Of a stretch of DNA of 64,000 bases, positions 56,366 through 64,000 are shown piece by piece. Source of the DNA: a virus. Positions within the stretch are counted from its first letter, which is position 1. Every line of letters begins with the position of its first letter. The stretch spans positions 18,345-82,344 of IMG/VR virus record IMGVR_UViG_3300032245_001520; one strand, given 5' to 3'. The notes under the pieces were generated by a model. It made no database searches, was not told the origin of the DNA, and saw only the letters and a list, made by a program, of their open reading frames with translations. Position numbers and translations under genes: made by a program.

Positions 56366-59218
56366 TCAAACGCCCAGGATGTTCGTAACCATCGCTCCGG
56401 AACCGATCAGGTTGGTGGCACCGAGGCCGACCAGGTTGACCACACGCTCGACGGTGATCTCAGCACGAACCACACGACGCTCACGCACATAGTACTCAGG
56501 ACGCACGGCAGGGGTGCCGGTGAGTTGATCAATTATGTTATCGCCAGTGTGTTTATCACTGACTTCTGCATGTTTCTATGCAGTTCAGACTATATCTTCT
56601 TCCCTGAACTCCTTTATAAACCTCTGAAGAGTTTTTGATCTGTAACCATTTTTCTTAGTGCCGAGACCGAGTAACTGCCCGAGAAGGATATCTCCAGGTT
56701 TATTGTTATCGTTCCAGACTTTCCGTATCTCAGACTTTCTGCTCTCCAAATCTTTGTTAGAGTTGGGATGAGAAGACCCCCTGGGTGTATTTGGGGATTC
56801 TAGTCTTGCCTTTGAGATGTTTGAACGTCTCTCGGGAGTTTGCGGTACCCCTTTCAGGGAATCAGCGATACGGGAGTTATGTGATTCAGTCCTAACATAG
56901 TTTTCTCGGAGGTATTCGTAAACTCTTCCCCCTCCCGAAGAACTCATTCTGAAAACTGCGTACCACAGACCTTCGTGGTCTGGGAACATTTTATTCAGGA
57001 GTCGGTGAAGGATGAAGTGTTGCCTAAGAGTCGGATAACAGAGGTTGTCTGGATCCGTTTTGCTACCGCCGAGACATTTAGAAACTATGTGATGCTCTTC
57101 TGTCTTATGGGAGTTTGGACGAGTTTTAGGGCACTGGTTGATAATTTTCCAATACCACCTCTCGTACTTGTTACGATAGTAACATTCAGGGAGTGGGGCA
57201 CTCGTGGATGGGTTATTGTTGTCGAGACTCACCATCTAGTCGTTGAACCTTTTTACTGCAAACATTATAGCAATGTTTCGACGCAGTAAACTTGGCTGCT
57301 GATTGCCTTGTGTTCGGATTACCGAACCGTCAGGGTTCCCAGCAATTCACCCCATTGACTCGCGGATCAGGCGAGTAATCTGACGTTACCGTCAGACCAC
57401 GCATTCAACTCGTTTGAAAGAAACGATGTTATTAGCATACGTGTAAGCGAACGCAGGAGTGGCAGCGTTGGCGCCACCAGCAGGCATCACGGAGTCGCTG
57501 GGGCCGTTCGGGCTGTAGAACAGCAGGAGGCCATTCTCAGGGAACACGGGCAGCAGTTCACCGGACTCGGCCAGATAACGACCTTCGGCAACACGCAGAC
57601 CACGCTCGAGACCGAAGTAGCGAGCGAGCATGTCGGTGTCGATGCTGTCAGCGGTGGTGTACTTGATGCGCTCAAGGATCGCGCTGTTGGTCAGCAGCTC
57701 ATCGAACACAGCGGTACCGACCACCATCGAGTTGGGGCGGATGCCGATCTGGTTAGCGACGGCACGCTTCAGAGACAGGACGTCTTGGATCGGGTTGGAG
57801 GTCAGGGCAGACCAGGCAGCGGGGCTGGCGGCCGAACCGTAGGCAGTCTTGAAGGCAGCCCAGTCAACGAAACCGAGGCCGGTCTGGGTGCCAGCGCCAG
57901 CGGTGGGTTCGTAAGGATTGTAACCGGCAGTCACGGTCACGGCTTGCGAGACGGTGTACTCGTAAGCATTCATCAAGCGGGACATGGCGTTGCGAGTTTC
58001 AATCGCACGCAGGTCAACCTGGGCGGGACCTTCGCCAGCGTTCTCGATGGTTTCTTCGGGGAGTTCCCACGCAACCACTTCTTGCTCAAGAGCATAAGGC
58101 TCCGAGTCAAAGCGGCTCTGGACGTAGGGGATGTTGGTGCCATAAGCACGACGGAAGTCGTTGATAGCAAACTGCTCCTTCCCAAAGCGAAGGATTCGTC
58201 CAGCCCTTGTGGGCGTGTCAACGACGGGCGCGATAAAGTTGGCGATATTAGTCGCCGGAAGCATGAAACCTTGTGCAAGCGTAGTCAAAATTGGATCTAC
58301 GCCCGCATAGGTTTGCGAGAGCACTTTGTTATCGTAACGACTCTTTATTCGTTACTTCTCATACTTTCGTGTGAGGTCAGACTATATCATCATCTCGGAT
58401 TTTTCCCTCGTTCCCACCCTTCCCCGGGGTGTTTTTCTGAACGAGTTCTGATCACTACTCCATCCACGATCTTCCAGTACCACTTCAGACGAGAGATAGA
58501 CTCACTTGTCTTTTTCCTGGACTCTTCGGATTGTGTAGATCCTTCTCTGGAGCAACGGTCTCTAAGTGTGGGGTCGTTTATCCACGCTTGTTTCATGGAC
58601 TCACTCAGGTTCTCTCTATGCTCCTCTGTTTTCTCTTTCCCTGATAGCGCCTTGGAGATTTTGTCCCCCCAGGTTACTTCTCTTCTCCGGTTGGATTCAG
58701 CAATGAGCTTTGACTTCTCTTCGCAACTTTGAATGTATGCCAGAGACTTGTAAACTCGAGACCCCTTGGATCCGCACATAATGGCAGCGCACTGTGCCAG
58801 TTTTGTTTCATTTGGATAGGATTTGTGAAGCAGTAGATGCAGTAAAGCGTGCTCTCTGCGGGTCACTAGAACCACATTTCCCTCCACGTAACTTCCGCCA
58901 AGGCACCCCGGCAGAATTCTGTGCTTTTCAAGGCGATCTCTTTTTTGCTTCTTCCTGTGTAAAGATAAGAGAAAATTGCAGAGTCGAAGGTATCGGTTGA
59001 AGTAATGATCGTTCCGAGAGTCGGGCACTCGTGGCAAGGTTATTCTTGGGTCAGTCACTTGCTAGTCGTTGAACCTTTTCACTGCACTCATCATAGCTGA
59101 TGAGACCCGCAGTAAACTTGGCTGCTGATTTCCCTCGACTTTACGTTAGGGGTTCCCAGCAATTCACCCGATTTTCCACTCAAAATCACTTCTGAGGGGA
59201 ACCGAATCGATTCATCAT
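56366..59218 (-). CDS. Major capsid protein, three exons: join(59218-59210, 58321-57439, 56529-56366), 351 aa
   Basis: Splicing gives an in-frame 1056 nt CDS reading MMN|LSQTYAGVDPILTTLAQG...AYT-Y-QLTGTPAVRPEYY...NILGV. The sequence fits a capsid E-like protein (RPNSMVVG..VF..L), and the gene follows protease and decoration genes. Confidence 0.9.
56585..57235 (-). CDS. Intron-encoded HNH homing endonuclease
   Basis: EEHHIVSKCLGG...NL..PTLRQHFILHRLL; stop codon lies within GATATAGTCTGA. Confidence 0.88.
   Translation of the reverse strand: MVSLDNNNPSTSAPLPECYYRNKYERWYWKIINQCPKTRPNSHKTEEHHIVSKCLGGSKTDPDNLCYPTLRQHFILHRLLNKMFPDHEGLWYAVFRMSSSGGGRVYEYLRENYVRTESHNSRIADSLKGVPQTPERRSNISKARLESPNTPRGSSHPNSNKDLESRKSEIRKVWNDNNKPGDILLGQLLGLGTKKNGYRSKTLQRFIKEFREEDIV
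57264..57291 (-). promoter_or_regulatory. Class-2 promoter-like element GTTTAC-N16-TATAAT inside intron 2
   Basis: Perfect -10 hexamer, about 30 nt upstream of the endonuclease ATG. Confidence 0.65.
58390..59058 (-). CDS. Intron-encoded HNH homing endonuclease with NUMOD3-like repeats
   Basis: EKHRILPGCLGGSY..GNVVLVTRREHALLHLLL; KISKALSG, SEESRKK. Confidence 0.88.
   Translation of the reverse strand: MTDPRITLPRVPDSRNDHYFNRYLRLCNFLLSLHRKKQKRDRLEKHRILPGCLGGSYVEGNVVLVTRREHALLHLLLHKSYPNETKLAQCAAIMCGSKGSRVYKSLAYIQSCEEKSKLIAESNRRREVTWGDKISKALSGKEKTEEHRENLSESMKQAWINDPTLRDRCSREGSTQSEESRKKTSESISRLKWYWKIVDGVVIRTRSEKHPGEGWERGKNPR
59090..59117 (-). promoter_or_regulatory. Class-2 promoter-like element GTTTAC-N16-TATGAT inside intron 1
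   Basis: Same position in the ribozyme as the element in intron 2. Confidence 0.6.
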
Positions 59219-59320
59219 GGGATTGTTCTCCTAAGGAGAGAGTTGACTTCAAAGGCTGCCGAGCAGCCCCTTGGTCTTACGCCTGAGAACAGGCAGCCAA
59301 GAGGCGAGCAAGGCGATCAA

Positions 59321-59797
59321 TCAGTTGAACGCAACCAGCACGAGGGCGCGACCACCGATGCTGATGATTTCGCGAATCAGCGGGGTGGTGCCGTCGAGGG
59401 TCACATCCACGCCGCTCTTGGCAGCTTGGCCGAGTTCGTTGATCTTGAGCTGAGTGTCGAGGTCTGCGGGAGCCACGAACAGGTCGGTGGGGTCCACTTC
59501 GAGCAGCAGCAGGCCGCTGGTGGCGACAGTCAGCTGGCGAGCGGTGTAAGGCTGAGCCAGGGCGGTGGGCATGTAGGCCTGGTTGACACCGACGATCTTG
59601 TTCACACCAGCAGGGGCAGTGAAAGCGTCGGGGGCAGCGGCGTAGTTCTGACCAGCGAATTTGGCGTAGGCGACAGCGCGAAGCTCGCCCACTTCCACGA
59701 CACCGACGTCGCCGTCTTGGTTGTCTGCGGGGGCTTCGAAAGTTTCCGCATAACGGATATACTGACGGCCATAAATTGGAGCAGAGTTGGTCGACAT
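59321..59797 (-). CDS. Capsid decoration/cement protein
   Basis: 158 aa gene immediately before the MCP; IVGVNQ...LTVATSGLLLLE pattern. Confidence 0.65.
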   Translation of the reverse strand: MSTNSAPIYGRQYIRYAETFEAPADNQDGDVGVVEVGELRAVAYAKFAGQNYAAAPDAFTAPAGVNKIVGVNQAYMPTALAQPYTARQLTVATSGLLLLEVDPTDLFVAPADLDTQLKINELGQAAKSGVDVTLDGTTPLIREIISIGGRALVLVAFN

Positions 59798-59824
59798 GTT
59801 ATTGTCTCCAGAAATAGTGGGACT

Positions 59825-60367
59825 TCAATGCCTCGCCAGGATATGGCGAGAAAGGTTGTTGGAAGAGACTGTCAGTTCGCAGTGAGGGCACTGCTTGAAT
59901 GACCTGTTGATCTTTCCATGAGGTAGTTTCCCGCTAACGTAACCCTCGCCGGGGCACGTGTGAGACCTTTTGTTGTTTAGTCCGTTGTTCCAGTAGGGCA
60001 TTTTGCCGGTGGACTGTCCACCTTTGGCTTTGCCCTCTGTGCTTTGTTTTGACCCGTTGAGTCGGGACTGATTTGACCGCTCTTCGAACGGTCGCGAGTT
60101 GTAGTTTTGGATGTTTTGAATAGCAGCTGGCAGGAACTTATCGCTTAGCTCTTGACCCTGCTTGCAGGCTTCTTGCCTTGCCTGCTCCACTGTCCAGTCC
60201 CCTGAGAGCAGATTTGCAGCGCAACAGTCATAGTAGTCGCCAGTTTCTTTGTACCGCAGACGGTGAAGAAACGAGTGCATCGCCCTGTTAACACGGACAA
60301 GATTGGCGGGATCGTCAGTGCCCCCTGCGTGAGTGGGGAGTAGGTGGTGTTTGTGCCAGGTGATCAT
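59825..60367 (-). CDS. Free-standing HNH homing endonuclease
   Basis: HKHHLLPTHAGGTDDPANLVRVNRAMHSFLH; C-terminal CPHC...RH zinc-finger-like motif. Confidence 0.85.
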   Translation of the reverse strand: MITWHKHHLLPTHAGGTDDPANLVRVNRAMHSFLHRLRYKETGDYYDCCAANLLSGDWTVEQARQEACKQGQELSDKFLPAAIQNIQNYNSRPFEERSNQSRLNGSKQSTEGKAKGGQSTGKMPYWNNGLNNKRSHTCPGEGYVSGKLPHGKINRSFKQCPHCELTVSSNNLSRHILARH

Positions 60368-60406
60368 CAAGTTGGTTTCTCTTTGAAGGGTTTTACCCTT
60401 CCCCCC

Positions 60407-61066
60407 TCACCGGTACTCAATGCGACAGCGACAGTAGTCGTAGCACTGACACTGGCGGTCCGGCATAGGTAGGGTTCCGATGGGTTGCCACCCTGCGTTT
60501 CCGTAGGTTGTGCAGTCTGGGCAGACTCTGCCATCGACAAGGGGCACCCGACGCATTTCTTTGTATCCCTGCTCCTCCTTCCGGTAGTAGTCGCCTAGGT
60601 TAAAGAAGGAGTAAGCAGGGTTGGCGATGTATCGAATGACACGAGTGAGCAATCCTGGCCAACTGGACATGCCCTCCTCAGCAAACTCGGTAGTCGTGTC
60701 GCCCTGTCGCAGGGACCCAGACTCGATCGCTTGCTTCGTCTCGTTCAAGAATGTTGTCAGGGGTGGGAGCATATCTCCGACGACCGTGGGCCATGCTTTT
60801 TCCATCTTCGCCTTGGGGTTTTGGTTTTCGGTGGCAAGATAGACAGCAGCAAGAGCGGCAGTTATGGTTTTGTCCACCATCGTCCGCTCGTACTCCTCAA
60901 ATCGCATCTGACGGTCACGAAGACCCTTGACCACTGCCTTTGACTCTTTCGCCATCTGCTCTTCGAGACGGTCCAGAGTCTTGTACTTTGTGGCCAGAGA
61001 CTTCGCTTGATCGAAGTAGTCTCCCCTCCGCTTCGTGGCGATGCCAACTAGAGAGAGGAGATCCAC
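60407..61066 (-). CDS. Minor head protein (MuF/SPP1 gp7-like C-terminus)
   Basis: C-terminal VCPDC...P.P...CQC...CRC.I.Y. Confidence 0.55.
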   Translation of the reverse strand: MDLLSLVGIATKRRGDYFDQAKSLATKYKTLDRLEEQMAKESKAVVKGLRDRQMRFEEYERTMVDKTITAALAAVYLATENQNPKAKMEKAWPTVVGDMLPPLTTFLNETKQAIESGSLRQGDTTTEFAEEGMSSWPGLLTRVIRYIANPAYSFFNLGDYYRKEEQGYKEMRRVPLVDGRVCPDCTTYGNAGWQPIGTLPMPDRQCQCYDYCRCRIEYR

Positions 61067-61074
61067 AACTCACC

Positions 61075-63483
61075 TCAGGAGAACATGGTCTTCTTGAGTG
61101 CTTCCACGTAGTCGCTTGCCTCGCCCTTTGCCACCATCTGCAGAGCAGCAGTGTGGGGGTCAAGGTCCTGCTCGGAGTACTGGAAGGTGCCACCGGGGAC
61201 GTACTCGCCGTAGGAGACCATCGGGGGCAACTTGCTCAGGAGACCCAGCAGTTTGGTGGCGGCAGTCTCACCCTCGCTGAACTCAACCGTGCCAAACTCG
61301 AGACCCTCGCAGTAGTTCCGCAACTCGCTCTGGGGCATGACACCGTCGGTCAGGCGACCATCTTCGTAGAGAGCCTCGACGAACGACGAAATTTGATCGC
61401 GACGAGCGCTGATTTTGGCCTCGCGGTACTCGTTCTTGATTCGGTCGTTTTCCGCCTTCAGTGCTTCCAACTCGTTGAGCATCTGAACCATGAGGTCAGC
61501 CTCAGAGAAGTCGTCCTCACCGTCATCCTCAGACTCGTCGTAGGTGGACCCGAATCCAGTCTTCGTGTAGGGGTTCTTCTTCTCGCCGTGCTCCTCGGAG
61601 AACACACCACCAGATCGCTTGGTCTTCTGGTTGGGGCCACCCTGGTAGTCGCCCAGTTCTCCTTCTCCGTCGCGGACGTCTTCGGAGTAGGCACCACTGG
61701 GGCCGGTGTGCTCAGCTGCTTCGTCTACTTGATCAAACTCACCGGGAGTCAGCTGGGGTTTGGTGCTCTTCTTCTCGCCACGGGGCACCTCGGCGAACGA
61801 ACCGTCGGGTCCGACCACCTCGGCAGGGCCACCCTCGAACTGACCGGGCTCCAGCTGTCCCTTGCGGAACTTGGCTTTGCCCTGTTGGAAGTCGCCGTCA
61901 GCGTCGTCGTCCTCGGCGTGGGCGGTCACACCCAATTCGGAAGTCTCTTCAGCAGCGATAGGTTCCTTGAAGTTTTGCGCCACCTTGGGGGCAGTCCGAC
62001 CGTCGCTGCTCTTCTTGCGAAGAACACGCATGTCGTGGTCGTCCATAACGTTCTCAGTGTTGACAGCGAACACTGTGTTGTCAGGAGACTCCTCTGTCTC
62101 GGTGGGGAACTTGGTTGGACCACCGGCGCGACCGGCAGCACCGTTGGCAGTCTTGGGTGCGTTCACACCGTAGCTCTTGGCATCGGTGTCGTACTGGTCG
62201 TTGTTCATGGTGCGCTCCTCGGCTTCGCTCTGACCGGCCCAGCGAGACTCGCCGACAGCACCCTTGCTGCCATCTTTGGCAGTGCGCTTGCGGTCCACTT
62301 CCTGCTCACCATTTTTGGCAGTGTTCAGACGGTCCTCGTCCTGCTCAGAACTGCGGGCAGTGTGCATGCGATCTTCGCCGACAGCACCTTTACCCTCTTC
62401 GCCGAGAGTCATGCGCTTGGCGTAGGAGTCGGAGTCTGAACGGGCAGTGTCCATGCGGTCCTCTTCCATGGACTGGCCCTCGGGGTGTGTGCCGAAGTGG
62501 ACCTTACCGCCTGAGGAGGTCTTTTGACTCACCTCAGCGTGCTCGTCAGCGAAGGGGTTGCCACCCTCTTCTTTGTGGCCTTTGGCCTTGGCCTTCATCT
62601 TCTCGGCGTTAGCCTTGAAGGCAGCGGGCATCTCGCCGTGTTGCTCGTCGTAGACGTTTTCCACGATCTGCATAACTTGGCCGTTAGCGCCGTTGGTGCG
62701 CTTCCGGCTGATTTTTCCTTTGTCTTCCATGAAATGTTCCTCCGGAAACTGGTCTTCAAGGTTTGCGATTTGCTGAGTGTTCTCAGTGAAGTGTTGGTTG
62801 GTTCCCTGCTTGTCGTTTCCTCCGTCAGCGGGGGCGTCCGCCTCAGTGGCGGGGGTGGCGTCGGCGCCAGCGTTGTTTGTGTCCGTCTGTTTTTGGTTTG
62901 CTGTCTCCTCCTCCAGGTCCTGAACAGCAGAGGAGACATCCTTGCGGACCTCGTCCAACTTCTCTTTCAGCATTTCGAGGGGACTCTTCTCGACGATCAT
63001 GGTAGGACCGAGTTCGTCGTCGAAGATTTTGTCGAGGGTGAGCGCGACCGCGAAGTCGAACACTCCGGACTCCTCGTTGAAGTTAAAGGGTTCGAGCCCT
63101 TTGACGGCTGGAGGAGATGCACCCAGCAGTGCCAGGTGGCGGGCAGACCATTTCCCCCGATGGGGGTTGATCTGTGACTCGGGACTGTAGAAAGAGATGG
63201 AAACCTTGCGGTAGTGCCCATCCTTGACCAGGTCCTTCGCCACGTCGGTGAACTCCACCTCCGCGTAGAGGTTTTCGCCCTGGCGTTCAAATCCCTTGAT
63301 CCAACCGTAAGAAGGCAGACTGTCGTTGTCGCCCTGATGTCCCAGCACTAATGGAGCAGTGTGGGTGTCCGGGTCGTAGGTGTTTACGACCTCGTCCAAC
63401 TCCTTCGGGGAGAACTTTCGGGTGGCACCCTGAGCAGAGGTTTGCTCACCTGCCTTGAAGACATGTACTTTTTTCGTGAACAT
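61075..63483 (-). CDS. Prohead protease fused to a long acidic scaffold (Mu gpI-like)
   Basis: APLVLGH, YGWIK, YRKVSISFY, HLALLGASPPAVKGL in the N-terminal ~135 aa; acidic repetitive C-terminal region. Confidence 0.88.
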   Translation of the reverse strand: MFTKKVHVFKAGEQTSAQGATRKFSPKELDEVVNTYDPDTHTAPLVLGHQGDNDSLPSYGWIKGFERQGENLYAEVEFTDVAKDLVKDGHYRKVSISFYSPESQINPHRGKWSARHLALLGASPPAVKGLEPFNFNEESGVFDFAVALTLDKIFDDELGPTMIVEKSPLEMLKEKLDEVRKDVSSAVQDLEEETANQKQTDTNNAGADATPATEADAPADGGNDKQGTNQHFTENTQQIANLEDQFPEEHFMEDKGKISRKRTNGANGQVMQIVENVYDEQHGEMPAAFKANAEKMKAKAKGHKEEGGNPFADEHAEVSQKTSSGGKVHFGTHPEGQSMEEDRMDTARSDSDSYAKRMTLGEEGKGAVGEDRMHTARSSEQDEDRLNTAKNGEQEVDRKRTAKDGSKGAVGESRWAGQSEAEERTMNNDQYDTDAKSYGVNAPKTANGAAGRAGGPTKFPTETEESPDNTVFAVNTENVMDDHDMRVLRKKSSDGRTAPKVAQNFKEPIAAEETSELGVTAHAEDDDADGDFQQGKAKFRKGQLEPGQFEGGPAEVVGPDGSFAEVPRGEKKSTKPQLTPGEFDQVDEAAEHTGPSGAYSEDVRDGEGELGDYQGGPNQKTKRSGGVFSEEHGEKKNPYTKTGFGSTYDESEDDGEDDFSEADLMVQMLNELEALKAENDRIKNEYREAKISARRDQISSFVEALYEDGRLTDGVMPQSELRNYCEGLEFGTVEFSEGETAATKLLGLLSKLPPMVSYGEYVPGGTFQYSEQDLDPHTAALQMVAKGEASDYVEALKKTMFS

Positions 63484-63507
63484 TATCAAGAAAGTCCGTG
63501 AGTGGTT

Positions 63508-64000
63508 TTACCCTTGTTCACCTTGCTCCTCCGTTGTTGTGTCAAAGGGTTCGGGTTCCTCGCCCTGGGGGTTTGACCCCAGGTCACTCTCGGGGTCGGT
63601 GCCGAAGATGGACTCGTACATGTCGCCGGTCTCAGCAGGGTTTCCGGTCTCCACTCCCCCATCACCACCCTGCGGTGCCGTCTCCTCTGTCTTCTCCTGC
63701 AGGTCGACACGGAAGTGCCTGGTTATCCACTCCTTCGTCGGTGTGAACCCAGACTGAATCAGCAAAGAGACATCGGGCATTGTGAGAGACGACTCCTCGA
63801 TCCTAAACTCGCGTGTCAGTCGCGGCGCCGCAACATCGATACCAAAGTTAAGGTCGACGATCCATCGCACCAGAGTGCGAGTCAGAGTCTGAGAGACCAG
63901 TTCAGAAAGTTCGGATGCCTTGACGACTCGCACCGTGTTCGCAACCTGGGAGGAGGCACGCGATCCTGCCTCTGCCTGCCCTGCCTCGTTCTCGCCGCAG
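63508..64000 (-). CDS. Portal protein (Mu gp29/DUF935-like), C-terminal part; runs off the window
   Basis: Frame is open to the window edge: CGENEAGQAEAGSRASSQVANTVR...TLTRTLVRWIVDLNFG. Confidence 0.8.
   Translation of the reverse strand, partial: CGENEAGQAEAGSRASSQVANTVRVVKASELSELVSQTLTRTLVRWIVDLNFGIDVAAPRLTREFRIEESSLTMPDVSLLIQSGFTPTKEWITRHFRVDLQEKTEETAPQGGDGGVETGNPAETGDMYESIFGTDPESDLGSNPQGEEPEPFDTTTEEQGEQG

Larger units (their letters stand above)
56530..57438 (-). mobile_element. Group I intron 2 in the major capsid gene (909 nt)
   Basis: Exon ends in U with P1 CACGU/GCGUG; core GAATTGCTGGGAA, AATCAGCAGCCAAG, GTTCAACGACTA, GATATAGTCTGA; terminal G at 56530. Confidence 0.92.
58322..59209 (-). 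mobile_element. Group I intron 1 in the major capsid gene (888 nt), after codon 3
   Basis: P1 GAAU/GUUC with U-G pair at the splice site; same core motifs as intron 2; ends ...ACAAAGTG. Confidence 0.9.

Noticed and set aside
57392-58324. 310 aa ORF taken as the complete capsid protein
   Set aside because: Its GTG start and ANNIVSFKRVECVV tail lie in intron sequence; the spliced model fits better.
305-63757. Numerous long plus-strand ORFs (e.g. 41444-42712, 47385-48617, 60940-62439)
   Set aside because: They are antisense shadows of GC-rich minus-strand genes, with no recognisable motifs.
1-64000. tRNA/rRNA genes, integrase or transposase
   Set aside because: None was recognised by eye and intergenic gaps are mostly too short; tRNAscan-SE was not run.

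Overview
This 64 kb window is the virion-morphogenesis (late) region of a large tailed dsDNA phage, probably contractile-tailed with Mu-like head genes; several ORFs resemble cyanophage proteins, but the host cannot be fixed from this window. Every credible gene is on the minus strand. In transcription order (right to left): portal (partial), prohead protease/scaffold, minor head protein, HNH nuclease, capsid decoration protein, a major capsid gene split by two group I introns (each encoding an HNH homing endonuclease), tail tube, baseplate genes, a Mu gp36-like protein, giant tail fibres, a tandem array of seven paralogous ~390-420 aa putative receptor-binding proteins, a gp37-like protein, terminase, PhoH, a block of probable capsid-internal proteins (including a kinase and an HNH protein sharing a Cys-rich N-terminal tag), more fibres/adhesins and the start of a glycosyltransferase. 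Non-coding signals read directly from the sequence: 21 copies of GGGTAAAA(CC) ahead of genes (putative late promoter), six GTTTAC-N16/17-TAnnnT promoter-like elements (two inside the intron ribozymes), and three GATC/ATCGAT palindrome clusters. The main candidate novel systems are (i) a modular plug-and-socket fibre assembly kit with a seven-member receptor-binding library and (ii) Cys-tagged polymorphic effectors that may be packaged in the head and processed at [FYH]-x-E sites. Protein family calls rest on motif recognition only; no database searches were run.
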